From: Octopus bimaculoides
Taxonomy: Eukaryota
DNA length: 45,754 nt
Direction of reading: 5' to 3'
NCBI RefSeq assembly: GCF_001194135.2
Contig: NC_068987.1
Span: forward strand, 59,632,668 to 59,678,421
Positions within the stretch are counted from its first letter, which is position 1. The number at the start of each line of letters is the position of its first letter. Under the pieces are notes generated by a model. It had not been told where the DNA came from. It saw nothing but the letters and a program-made list of their open reading frames with translations, and made no database searches. Position numbers and translations under genes: made by a program. Shown here piece by piece: positions 22,797-35,772 of the stretch.

Positions 22797-23769
22797 TTTT
22801 ACTTAACAACAAGGGATGTTGAGGGGAAAATAACTTAAGAGAAACCAAAACTAAATTATTCTTTCCAATAGAGATAGTAAGTTGCTTATATCTAGGCCAG
22901 CTCTCATCGCGCAAGCATATTAGATGGTAACTTAATAGAAACGGCAGTGCGCCGGATTAAATTTCGTGTAGGTATGGTATTCTGTGTGCTGAGTTAGAAT
23001 CTAGCTTCTATCGATGCAGTCATTCACTAAACTGGAGAGTCCAACAAAATAAATAAATATCAGCGACACACTGGAATCCCAATTCTCAGTAATGCTAACG
23101 AGTCGATTCAATTGACTATTTCTCTGTCACCAGAAAATAGCTTTTTAATTTGTCAAAATAAATCAATTTATTCGTTTAAACGACTGTTAGTTTAGCTATT
23201 AATCTTCAAAGATTTAAAAGAAATAAAATACGATATAGCAAGATATAGTGTTTCGCTTAAAAAAAAGTATGTATCCAATAGCAATTAAAAAGACGTGATG
23301 TCATTTTTCGATCAACTATAACCAAAATTTATTTAAAATTAAAAATCTTAATTTCCCATTAAATTAATTTGGGATTCTGCTCACTTATATTAAGATAATT
23401 TTTTTTAGAAGAAACACGTAGTCAAAGAATTAATTCTGAAATTTAAGAAAAAAAAAAAAAGGAAAATCGATTCATTGAAATATTAGGTGACCTATATATA
23501 CAACTTTTCTCCTTAAAAGTCAGTTAGTTTCTGCAGTAATTGCAGTTTATAATAAGTGTTAATTAGAAAAGGAAGATGATATTTTTCTTGAAATTACTTA
23601 AGGCAACGTAAATTGTTTTCTTTGACAAAGCAAATACACTACTGTGTTGTAAAGAAGAGAATGAAACAAAAAGTTGTGACAGTCATGCCTTTCCAGTAAT
23701 GGAAATGATATTGCGGCTTCGATTCAGTAGAAATATATCTCTTTTATAATTTATTTTATCCTTTTTCAT

Positions 23770-24150
23770 TTATATTGTACATGTTTTCAGTCATTGGATT
23801 ACGGCTATGCTGTTTTGAAGGGTGTAGTTGAACAAATAGAACCCAGTACTTATGTCTTTAAAGTCTGGTACTTATTTTATCAGTCTTTTTGCCGACCCGC
23901 TAAGTTACGGGACATAAACAAACCAACACCGGTTGTCAAGTGATGGCAGGTGGACAAGTACAAAAGCACACACACACACACATACATACATACATACATA
24001 TATACGACGAGTTTCCACACAGTTTCTGTCTACCAAACTAACTCACAAAACATTGGCCGATCCGGAGCTACAGTAGAAGACACTTCCTCTTCAGTGGGAC
24101 TGAACCCGAAACCAAGTGGGTTGCAAAGTGAGTTTCTTAGCTATACAACC
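23770..24150 (-). mobile_element. SINE family B, full bipartite copy with internal microsatellite
   Basis: The head half (24000-24150), (CA)/(TACA)n spacer and tail half (23770-23960) lie in colinear order. Confidence 0.75.
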
Positions 24151-25714
24151 ATTCCGCCATTCCTGCACTTCAAAACATGCTGGTAATGTGTAGTTTAAAT
24201 AGAATTATATAATACAATTTGACTGAGTGTTAGCGCCATTAAACAAGCCATTGTTTCTTTGAAAACTTTACAGTGAGTAATAAACACATTCGTACTAATT
24301 GACGAATAACCGAACAGAGAGCGTGTGCTAATGGACTACTACGTGACAGATGGTTATTTGTTGTCATGTGATATAATTTAGTTCGCTTCGCAGTTCATCA
24401 TTATATTGCTCTGCTTAAATGGATGTCACACAGAGATTATTTTAAGCAGCAAATATGTATGATAATTGCTCGTTTATGTTAACGAAATTTACAAATTTGT
24501 AGGTGAAAGGAATAAAATTGTAGCAACATTTATGTTTACCTCAAGTATATTAATGTAGACGGACAGGAGAAATGAAATGATTTCGATCGGGAATCGAAAC
24601 AAGTCTACAATTTCTGTTCACTGGAGGTGTATCTCTTCTAATCTCGTGCATTATATACTCTTACTTTTTTCTTTTATTGTTTTAGCCTTTGGAATGCTTT
24701 TATGTTGGAGCCTCTGGAAGTGTTTTGGTCAATTATATTGATCCTTATACTCGTTTATTCATACAAACGTAACTGAGATGAAATATGTCATAAATAACAG
24801 TGACAGACGAAATATACACTGCCGGAAGTTGTTGTCGACAAACAATAGCAGTAATTTTATTCAGCTCAATCGACGTCATTGGTTGGTTGAAATTACCGAA
24901 ATACGACAACTTTAACACGAAATAGCTTCGAAAATACAGAATTTTCTCAACAACGCCAAGAGTAAAAGATGTTTTATGTGACACATTCTACCAGTATAGG
25001 AAGTTTGAAAGTGTTTAGTAACAAAAAATTAATTTTTCGATCTGCCAGTCAAAAGGCAAAGATCCTTAGACGTTATTAATTTTCTAGCTTTCAGTAGAAA
25101 TGTTTTGTAATGCATGNNNNNNNNNNNNNNNNNNNNNNNNNNNNNNNNNNNNNNNNNNNNNNNNNNNNNNNNNNNNNNNNNNNNNNNNNNNNNNNNNNNN
25201 NNNNNNNNNNNNNNNNNNNNNNNNNNNNNNNNNNNNNNNNNNNNNNNNNNNNNNNNNNNNNNNNNNNNNNNNNNNNNNNNNNNNNNNNNNNNNNNNNNNN
25301 NNNNNNNNNNNNNNNNNNNNNNNNNNNNNNNNNNNNNNNNNNNNNNNNNNNNNNNNNNNNNNNNNNNNNNNNNNNNNNNNNNNNNNNNNNNNNNNNNNNN
25401 NNNNNNNNNNNNNNNNNNNNNNNNNNNNNNNNNNNNNNNNNNNNNNNTTCAGGATAATAAACTAAAGTGAAAACAATATTTAAAATTTGGTTATTACGTG
25501 CTAAATTTTAGAAATTATACTTTTATTAAATATTTCTAATTTTTTCAAAAGTGACCTGTTTCTACCTATGACCGTTTATTAAAAAAACTGAATTACTTTT
25601 TCACTAACATTGTCTCAGAGGTCTATTGAAAAAGTAAAGATTCCAAAGGGAGTCACAACTCCCCCCACCAAAAAAAAAGCAAAAAAAAAACAAAAAAAAA
25701 CACAAAAACACTTT

Positions 25715-26100
25715 TGCAGCCACGTGGTTTCGGGTTCATTCCCATTGTGTGACACCCCGGAAAAGTGTCTCCTACTATTGCGCCAGGTCGATTAATGCCT
25801 TATGAGTGAATTTGTTAGATGGAAACTGTGTGGAAGCCTGTTAGATATATATATGTGTATATATATGTGTGTGTATGTGCACCTATGTATGTTCTTGTGT
25901 GGCTTATCGTTTGCTTTTGTGACACACTCCTAATCTGTTTGACAAGCAGTGCTGATTAAGCGGTCTAGCAATAGTGAACGATAGAATACTAAACTAAAAG
26001 AAAAAAAAAAAGAAATAACAAACAAAAACTAAAATACAGAAGTCGATTATTTCGACTACAACCCATTAAGACGGTACCCTAGTGGCTGAAACAAGTTAAG
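25715..26100 (+). mobile_element. SINE family B, degenerate full copy
   Basis: ccacgtggtttcgggttcattcccattgtgtg...ctactattgc...gatggaaactg, then a TA/TG tract, then decayed tail ...gctgaaacaagttaagg. Confidence 0.65.
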
Positions 26101-26289
26101 GATAAACCACAGGGGGAAAAATGAAAGGCAAGAAGAATACTTGGAATTAAAGGAGATTACGCGATCGAAACTAAACGCATGGTCTTTTTTCATGATACAC
26201 CGATTTTTGTCCAGCCTACATACATACATGCATACATGACAGTCATTCGCACACATTTATATGCATATATATACATATATCTATTTATC

Positions 26290-26440
26290 TGTTTATATTC
26301 TGACTTGCTTCCATAAAATTTTAGTCACCAGGCATGTTCTATTCGAGGCTGTAGTAGAAGGTACTTGTCAAAGGTAACATCCAGAAGAATCGAACTCGAA
26401 ACTATGTGACTGCATAAATAATTTTTTAACTACACAACCT
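26290..26440 (-). mobile_element. SINE family B, degenerate head half
   Basis: gaggctgtagtagaaggtacttgtcaaaggt...gaactcgaaactatgtg matches the family B head. Confidence 0.55.
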
Positions 26441-26864
26441 GAGTGTATTACTTTAATCAACAGCAAAATTAGATCACAGATGGCTGAATCGATAGAGTAC
26501 AAAAAGAAACAAAAGAAAAAACAAAAGATAAAAAGACAAAAAATCACAAAAAGAAACAAAAAAAAAGCTGAAATATAGGTAATTCGGATCTGGTTAATAG
26601 TATTAATATGAATGACCAAGCCTTTACTTTCCAACAGCTGTCCACGTATTTCTAAGCTGGTACTGTAAGGTAGTCAAAAAGGTAGCCAAATTCTGTAAGC
26701 AGCGACAACACTGTAACATTTACGAGTGTTTACTTTGATCATAGCGCGGGATTTATTTTCCTCTGTGAAGGAAAAGTACGTTCTTTATATGAATTTGGGT
26801 TTGGAATTGGCTGAGTAACTCACTCCCATAAAATTTTCTTTGCTACGTAATGCAATATCTTTTA

Positions 26865-27053
26865 TCTTTCACTTGTTTCAGTCGCGAGACTGCGGACTGC
26901 GGCCATGCTGGAGCACAGCGTTGAAGAATTGTTTTAGTCGAATGTATCGACTCGAGTACTTATTTTTTAAAGCCTGGTACTTATTCTATCGGTCTCTTTT
27001 GCAAAACACACAAACACTGGTTGTCAAGTGGTGATGGGGGAACAGACACAAAG

Positions 27054-27084
<31 letters not shown>

Positions 27085-27215
27085 CAACGGGCTTCTTTCA
27101 GTTTCCGCTTACCAAACCCACTCATAAATTTTGTCGGCCTGAGGCTATAGTAGAAGATACTTGCCCAAAGTGTCACGCAGTAGGACTGAACCCAGTACCA
27201 TGTGGTTGCGAAGCC
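26865..27215 (-). mobile_element. SINE family B, full bipartite copy with internal (CA)n
   Basis: Tail half 26865-27050, (CA)n about 27052-27082 and head half 27085-27215. Confidence 0.85.
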
Positions 27216-28439
27216 ATACATGCGCCAACAGAACACAACTTTTTTAAAATATTTGGTGGAGGAAATATATAATAATCTAAACAACATATCTGAAATAACA
27301 GCGAAAAAAAAATGAAGTTTGATGGTATAACGGAGTATTGTGACATTTGTTGCAAATCTGATTGAATTACATTAAAAACGTTAGTCGAAAATTTATCAGT
27401 AAATTATGTTTTATTTTCATTTCGTATATGTCATACTGTAAAGTTTCGTGATAATGGAATGGCACGAAGAAAAAAAATAACGGATATCACTTGTGCAATT
27501 TTTTTCTTTGTATTAACTTTATACAAATTTTATTTCACTCATGGAATAATTTTATCTCTCTCCCAACATCGAGCATTTGAATCCAGAATTAGCCCCACTC
27601 ATAGTGTAGAAAGTTTAATAGCCTTACAAGGACAGCATTATAAGTTTGTATGAAATGACGACAATAATAGATTTAAACGTTATCAGTTTCAAACTTTGAT
27701 GAAAGCAGAGAGCACATACTCTTATAAAGAAAAGATCTACAAAAGAAAAAAAAACAATTATCCGGATTGCTGAATTAACTATTTTTGTGGTTGCTGCAGT
27801 CAGTGTTGAATCTCTATTTACACAATAATTTGTTAACTCTCAGTATAAGTACATTAACATAGCAGACTTAATGGTTGTTTCACTACATCTCAATCTGGAT
27901 TGAGGCGGTTACAAAAAAAAACAAAAAAACATGCACATAGCACAAATATAGTTTAGAATGTCATTCTTTGTGGTAATAACTGGAAACATGTTTTGCAATT
28001 TAATGGCACTAACCGCATGAGCTTTTATTCCCTTAGATATTGCATTCGTTTTATTAACTGTTGCTGCTCTAGTTGCTTTCAATGCACGGAGCAAATATGT
28101 GTTTTATGTGCAATGATATCTGTATGTTTGCCGACCATATCGAACGTTTAAGTTAGTAAATAAAGCAGAACAAACATATTCCAATATTTAGAATCTCGAT
28201 TTAGCTGTGAACCGATAGGATTACTATATCTGTTTTCTGGTGATCTTTTGATAAATAACAGCAATATTTTAAAATCGTGCAAGAATGGAAAGTTAATAGA
28301 AAAAACGTTTTACAATAATGATGGCGTAGAAGGGCAAATAAAGGATCGTAAAATATGTAAGAGCCTTGCAAGTAGAGTAATCGACGTCGTTTCAATCTTG
28401 AGTCGAAGTCTATTCACTTATTTCATGATATTGAGCTTG

Positions 28440-28821
28440 TTGTTGGTACTCCGTCGCTTACGACGTCAAGGGTTCCAGTTGATCCGATCAACGGAACAAC
28501 CTACTCGTGAAATTAACGTGCAAGTGGCTGAGCACTCCACAGACACGTGTACCCTTAACGTAGTTCTCGAGGATATTCAGCGTGACACAGTGTGACAAGG
28601 CTGACCCTTTGAATTACAGGCACAACAGAAACAGGAAGTAAGAGTGAGAGAAAGTTGTGGTGAAAGAGTACAGCAGGGTTCGCCATCACCCCCTGCCGGA
28701 GCCTCGTGGAGCTTTAGGTGTTTTCGCTCAATAAACACTCACAACGCCCGGTCTGGGAATCGAAACCGCGATCCTATGACCGCGAGTCCGCTGCCCTAAC
28801 CACTGGGCCATTGCGCCTCCA
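28440..28821 (-). mobile_element. SINE family D, well-preserved copy
   Basis: A box tggcccagtggtt, B box gtttcgattcc and tail ...cgtcgtaagcgacggagtaccaacaacaa. Confidence 0.9.
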
Positions 28822-29329
28822 TACTGTTGAGGTATTAACATCACAATATCGTATTCATTTGCCACAAGATAGCGACTCTAGTTCCCAGTAAAACAACAAT
28901 ATCGTTGCAATAAAGTGCTTATTTTCTCCATGTATCATACAATAGGAAATTCCACTGGATCGAATTTGCGTTAGCGATGCATGTTAAGAGACATCGATAG
29001 AACAGGAATTAAAGCCACACTGGAAACTCAGCTCAGTTGCTGCATACCATATTCTCTTTAGTTCCAGGTTTCAATACTAAAAATGAAAGGAAGAATAAAT
29101 GGGAAATGTAATGTTAAAGCAAATTTCAAAAGCATTCTTGATATAAAGGAAGCGGATTGATTTTAACTGGGAAATCAAAACAAGTTTAAGGTTTCGAAAT
29201 ATCAGGAGCTTTTCCTTGGCTCTACAGTCTGGATGGTGATCACTACAATTTGGGTGGTAAACGTAATCTATCGCCCTGTTTAACAACACCAACTGGCCCT
29301 CGGGTATTTTTAGCAGAGTGCTCTATTGC

Positions 29330-31250
29330 AGGTTTTTGGGACAGATCTTAGACCTGAAGATAACTTATTTCCAGCTTTGACTGAACAACGAATTATTGGT
29401 TCTGGTTGCGACAACTGGCTTGAACTGCTGTTTAGTTGAGATGACTAATATAACACAGGCGTTGCACTTGCATACTTATCGTCGAATAAATATCGCCCTC
29501 TTACAGGACGAATTTTACAAACTATTACTGACACTGTATCTCATAATGATTACTTCATTCTGGTCGTAGACTGTGATACGCATACCAAGCCACAAATATT
29601 TGTTCTGAAATCCGCGCTTTGAGAAAACAACGGTGTTGAAGATATGAATGACAATTATTATCGTCTACTAACTTTTGCAACTACAAATTGTCAACTGATT
29701 TCTTCTGTCATTACTCCAGGAAACACCAACTTAATGGTGTATCCCAAATGACAAGGATAATGGATGTTTGATTACATTTTTATTAGTATTGTCTTTCGAA
29801 GCGCTAACAGCGTAATTATAGGAGTGGGCTGTAGAAGCGACTAAACTATATTATGTTTTGTTAAATTCCTCTTAAAGAAATACCATGAGAAAAATTATTC
29901 AAATCATTTTTACTGGTCCAAGATAATGAACATAAACAAGAATACCAAATTATCATCGCTTTTCTTTGCTGGAAGAAATAAATGATTTTGAGATAGACTT
30001 AAAAAGATTTTCTCTGATTGTGACTGAAACTGCAAAATATTTCTACTTTCCAAAACGGAAATGAAAAAAGAGAAAAAAAGGAAAATAGAGATTGAATATT
30101 CTATCAGATTATCTAAGTCATCGTGGAACGAAAGCATTGCAAATTTACTGACTTAGCACAATTCAAAAGCTTAATAATAGAGAAATAAAACGTAATCTAA
30201 ATTCTGTCAGAAAAGCTCACTGGGATTCATTTACCCGAGATTTGGAAAATTGCTAACACTGAAATGAACACCGGAACATGTTCTGGGAGGATTCTACGTC
30301 GTTTTAGCAGAGAAACCTATCAAGCTGAAGATTACATTCTGAAACGTGTAGTTACCTTATCACATGAACAACAGAAAGTTTGAAGAGATGGAAAGAATAT
30401 TTTCAATCTCTATATAATCATGTTTTTCTAATTGAGATACCACATTTGCAGAATCATTGAATATCCCATTTCACACTGTTTCTAGTGAATCACTTTCCAC
30501 ACAGGAAATAAAAATGGTTGTTAGATTAAAGCAAAAAAGCCGCTGGAGATTTATTGCTTTCTAAACTATAATCATTATTGCACATTGTTTCTATTCAAAG
30601 TTGAAAAAAAACAACTATAATTATCGTTTTCACATACTTTAAAAACCACAATTGATAATGTACATTTTTTAAACTGAAAGTGTACCAAGCAGATTCACCC
30701 TCTTACTGGAGTAAATGAGTCGTTTGACAAGTTCAATAAAAATGAAAGATTAAAGATCCGGCTTGTTTTTCAATTCAGACAGGGTTGTGTAATCTCCTTT
30801 CCGTTATTTAATGACGTTGTTAATTTGATAATACAAACAATGTTCAATTCCGAACGGAGTTTCCAGTTTGATGGGAGTTGATAAACCATTAAGCTCGAAC
30901 TTGCTTACAACAGTAGAGAGGCAGCTTCTAATATACAGACTATAACTTAAAAATTTGATCTTAAAACCAATGTTGATAAGAATAAACTATTTCTTGTTAT
31001 GAATGATACTTTGATCGATGTTACATTAGATGGAGTACTGTTGGATTAAGGTCCCGGATTTAAAATTTAAAACCTATGTAGAAGACAACCAAGTGGCTGC
31101 AAGAATACATTACATATCAAAAACAAATTTGGCTCCACATTCTTGACTTCTGGCCTTCTGAACCGTATTTAGCAACAATAGAACATTTAATTACGTACTA
31201 AAATTCGCATACATTTATAATCTGCACCGGCTTTATTGATTCCTGAACAT
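29330..31250 (+). mobile_element. Heavily decayed APE-RT LINE, RTE-like
   Basis: Endonuclease remnants (FDYIFI at about 29768 and an SD-stop relic of SDH at about 29835) and RT motif FRQGCVISFPLFNDVVNLII (30774-30835). Many stops. Confidence 0.6.
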
Positions 31251-31484
31251 CACACGTATAATGAAAGTCTTCAGATAAGGTACCATCGCACCAGTGCAGC
31301 AATTACAATAACACGGCCATTTGTATCGAATAAATCAGAATTTCAATAAACCTCTCTTGATTGCTGTCACAAGACTGTAAAGTACGCAAAACAGCGTTAA
31401 AGAAGGCTTACATGAAAATTATTTAAACAATATCAAAAGACTTGGACGAACTAAAAATATCCATAAACTATGTTGAGAGTATAG

Positions 31485-31486
<2 letters not shown>

Positions 31487-31556
<70 letters not shown>
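31487..31556. repeat. (CA)n microsatellite
   Basis: Direct reading. Confidence 0.98.
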
Positions 31557-31609
31557 TTATGTGAGTAGTGACTTCTGAAGAAAAGGAAGTAGATCAAGAG
31601 GAACATCAA

Positions 31610-34600
31610 TAGCCATGGCATACCAAGCCCACCGTTCATAGGGTGTTGACAGCAAATGGAGCGCCAGTTCTTCTCCAGTTGGAGGTCCGGTCCGAACCAG
31701 ATCCCAAGCAATTTTACGGGCCCGATTGTCCAACGTCCTACAACGCTGTCGGTCGGCATGGATCTGCCTCTCCAGGTGTCGAGGGGCAGGCTTACTGATT
31801 TTACCGGTTTAATCTTCGTACTCTTTCACAGTATTGCTGACCAGATCTATGTGCTTGTCGTCCGACACTATGACGGTGATTTCGTCTGCGTATGCCGACA
31901 CAACTCTCCCACATCCTAGTTCACGCGAGATGCCTCTCAGCGTCTCCAGTTTCCGAAGTAATGGCTCGTGGGTCAGTACATACAGACGGGACGAGAGTGG
32001 GCACCCTTGAAGGACCGAACGTACGAAGTTGAGTGGTTCCGATAGGTAACCATTCACCCGGACTACCGAGCAGGTGTCGCTGTACATGGCAGCGATCCAA
32101 CCGCAGAAAACGAGATCGAAACCTCCCGCCGTGAGAACAGCCGCCAGATATTGATGGTCAATCCTATCAAAAGCGTTTGACTGATCTAAATTGATCAGTA
32201 CCCCACCCATGCCCGGTTTCTTAACTACTCTATCCACGATGTAGCGCATGAAGTGGAGGTTGTCGTGGATAGATCTGTTTGGGACGACGCATGATTGTAC
32301 GTCTCCAACCAGTTTCTCGACGACGAGCGCCAACATCTTCACTAACATTTTGGCCAAAATTTTCATGTCTGCACTAAGTAGAGTGATGGGCCTAAAATTA
32401 TCTAATACCTCTCCCTTGTTTGGATCCTTTCTCAGCAGTAGCACTGCTCCACGGCTCACAGATTTGGGAATTCTCTCATTCTGTTGCCAGTTGCAGTAGA
32501 TATCTGCCAAGAGGCCTGCAAACAAGTCTGGCATACTAGAGTAAAGCTCGTGGGGCAGACCATCTAATCCCGGCGATTTTCCCTCCGTGCAGCCCGTTAT
32601 CTCGTCAGTGAAGAACTGGCTTGAAGTCTTTTGGAATATGCCAAAATCGCCCTCAAATCTATTTCTTTCTACAGCTAAAACGTTGCTAAATCTAACTGAT
32701 TCTACTTTGATGGCTCATTTTAGGTTATCCCACCATTTATTGTTGACGATTGCCAGTGTCAAAGCTTTCTGAACTAACTCTTTAATCCGGTGTCTGTAAG
32801 CTTGATACGCCGTGAGTAACGTGTTCAGCTTCCTGTTGCAGTTCTTTAGATAGGGATAGTATTTGTTGTCCACAATTTCAAATAGTCGGCTACGCANNNN
32901 NNNNNNCTATGTATGCTATCTAAGTCAACCTTACGGGTCAACGATTTGTGATCTGCGTAGCCGACTATTTGAAATTGTGGACAACAAATACTATCCCTAT
33001 CTAAAGAACTGCAAAATATTTTATTTAGATACGATCTGGATGTTCTGATGCGGTTTGCCCATGTCTACATTGGCACATTCGGGAGATCCAGTTGAAAGTG
33101 TCTGAGCAGGTTTGCGTGGCTTCTGCAACCACCTTTCCGATCAGCTAGCTCCACACAATCCAATTGTGCATCTAAGATGGCGTTGAAATCACCCACTAAC
33201 ACTAAAGGTAGGACGTACCCAGGAAGGCCTCCAGATGCCTGAAGTATTCCGGCTGTCCTGCACCTGTCGGTGCGTAAACAGCTACCAGTCTGAAAGCCTC
33301 ACTGTTACCACCATTCACGTCCAGGACCAGCAACTTACCTTCTGGGTCCAAGAAGACTGACTTTATTTTGAGATCCAGACCTTTCCGAAACAATACGGCA
33401 GTACCCCCACCACCCATTCCCCGCCGACACGGAGTTGCATAGATCTCGTAGTCATCGAAAATGGGCATGAAAGCTCGCGGTTCGGTTAGTCTTGATTCAG
33501 TAATGGCTATTACATCTATTCCTCGTGACATGAGGTCGCTGAGTAGGTGACCTTGAAATTTGCTGATGTTTTTGTTTCTCTGGCAAGAGTTGCGTTGATG
33601 GTGTAGGCGCTGTGGTTGTGGTTGTGGTCAGTGCCTCTGTTGTTATTGGCGTTGTTGTCTCTCATGTAGTAGTTGTTGTTGCTGCTGGTGGTATGTTTGC
33701 TGGATCCCTCTCCGTTTTCTTCTCGTGGGGTCTCTTTTCTTGTTGAGGTTGCTTTTGCTGTTGGGGTTGCTTCAGTTGTGGTGTGGGTTGTGCTTGAATA
33801 AAAGGGGTAGTGCCCTCCTGTTTTAGTTGTGGGTAGAAGGCTTTCAGGGGGTTATTCTGTCCGCATTGATAACATCTTGGCCTTCTACCCTCAACTGTGA
33901 CGTTTAACATAGTGCAATCTCGAAGGCTGAGTTGGTCAGGAATTTGTTCCAAAACGTCTTGGTTTATTTTGACCATTATTTGCAATTCCTGTCCTGTCCA
34001 GTTGTTTTTTCCCCCGTTTCTCGACTTCATTTCCCTGTTTCTCAACTTCATCTCCCTGTTTCCCAACTTCATTTCTCCTTCATTTCTGGTGATATCTCCA
34101 GTATTTTTTTTATTCTGGCGGCGTTCCGTCCCAAGTATGTTGGAATTAGGACAAGTTCACTGCTTCTCAGCCGGGCTGTTAAGTGCTGTTTTACTACGCC
34201 TTCTGTAGCAAATCTGACTTCAGTTGTGCCATATTTCTTACCCCTCGACAGATATGTTATGTCTTTCTCAATGGGTTGCAAGCATTTTTCAACTACTTGC
34301 TTTGTGGCAGTTTCTAAACGTCTATTTTTTTAAAGATATAGTGTTGTACACTAGGGCACGTTTGTTTGTATTGTCTATAATATCTGGAGGTGTGTTTATC
34401 GAAAAACATCTTTCACTTTTTCTTTTTAACATGTTTCTGTAATCTTTGAGAGATTCTACAGACACATTAATGAATTCATTTCTAGGCTTTAGCATTGAAG
34501 CCAAACCCTTGCTATTTTAAGCATTAGGTTGTTGTTGTTGTTGTTGAGTGTTCAGTGTATTAGTGTTAGTGGTCGTAGTGGGAAGGCTTTGATTCACAGG

Positions 34601-35040
34601 TATTGCGACGCTAACAGCGTCCATTAGCTGAATTTCCTTGCTCTTTTCCTCTCCTTTCTCGCGTTTCTTTTCTTCTTTTTCCTTCTGTTGTTCAGCGTTG
34701 CACGTGCTAGCAAGACTTTGGTCGTCTCACTCTCTGCCTTTTAAAGTGCAGAGAGGGCGGAGACAATTAATTTTGAAACTCTTTTGTCTGTTTTCCGACA
34801 GCAGAGGGGAGAAGTCAGAAAGAAAGGAAGAGCTGACACTCTCCAAGGACATTTTGCAAAATTTAAAATTGAAAAATGGTGAGGTCCCACCTAACCACTC
34901 ACCTCAGCAAGAGTCCAGTCGGCCTAGCCACAGAAATGTAAAAGAATTTCAGATAGAACAACATTATCTATAAAAATCGAACATAAACTTACAGCTCAAA
35001 AACACACGTCCTTCCTCTTTGAAATCCACGAGCCTTATTC
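31610..35040 (-). mobile_element. Tx1-type (L1-clade) LINE: 5' region, ORF1, APE endonuclease and RT; internally deleted and 3'-truncated
   Basis: ORF1 with knuckle EGRRPRCYQCGQ; EN GIDVIAITESRL...LVAVYAPTG...GDFNAILD...GYADHKSL; RT NFRPITLLSADMKILAK...LDQSNAFDRIDH...VLQGCPLSS...SAYADEIT; post-RT LLGIWFGPD...HPMNGGLGMP. Confidence 0.92.
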
Positions 35041-35665
35041 AATAATAATAATAATAATAATTAATTCTGGTTTATTGGCCACAAGAGCTAATATAAAATC
35101 AAAAACATGTAAGGACAAACACAGGACGATAAAAACAAAGGGTTTTGCAAAAAGAAAGGTCCGTGTAAACATTAAATAACAGCGAAAATATAACAAAATA
35201 TAACAAGTAAAAACTCCCAATACAGGGAGGCGCTTTGAAAGGTTATTCGTGGAAAACCCATAAAAGCCATGGGAGCCTATTCAAACGAGGATAGAGCCCC
35301 TTCTCCTTTTATATTCCTTTTTTTACAGGTGTAATCTCAGAATTGGTCCGTTCATACTGGCCATTTTACCGACATTCATCCACCTTTCAGCAAGTTTGCT
35401 ACGAGACAGCACTTCCCTCTCTACCCTCACCTTCCTTTTCAAGTGGAACTTGAAAAAGTTGATGAGGCCTTGGCCATAGAGGAAAGAGTCTGACTTTATC
35501 TCTTTCAAACGGGTCCGCCATACCACCTTTCTCGCTACAGCCACCAGACAAATAAAAATTGCCTTGCCCTCCCGGTTAAAGGAGGTCGGCGGGAGAATCT
35601 TCACTATGAATTCAGCTGATAGCCGGATCCGTCCTACACGCGACAGTAGCTGTTCGACATAAATT
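35041..35665 (-). mobile_element. 5'-truncated Tx1-type LINE 3' end with 3' UTR and (TAA)n tail
   Basis: ORF 35323-35604 ...ARKVVWRTRLK...FKFHLKRKVRVERE...ERWMNV. The UTR ends cttgtggccaataaa followed by (TAA)n. Confidence 0.88.
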
Positions 35666-35760
35666 TCAATAATAATAGTAACGAATTGGGGATGTGTATG
35701 ACATATGATACAGGGACACTAGGGAAATATGTCGTGTGACCACATGTGATACACAGGCAG

Positions 35761-35772
35761 CTAAAGGGTTAA
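35761..35772. mobile_element. Possible piggyBac-type terminus (ctaaaggg followed by TTAA)
   Basis: Only the short terminal motif is seen; no partner end was found. Confidence 0.25.

Noticed and set aside
28780-28821. tRNA-like sequences with A and B boxes
   Set aside because: They run directly into SINE bodies, recur as diverged copies and lack a complete cloverleaf acceptor stem, so they are SINE heads and not tRNA genes.
32836-33014. Perfect 61-bp inverted repeat (32836-32896 and 32954-33014) inside the Tx1 endonuclease end
   Set aside because: It abuts a 10-N gap and duplicates coding sequence that is already present in the correct orientation. It is most likely a gap-filling or assembly artefact rather than a real hairpin or MITE; long reads would settle it.
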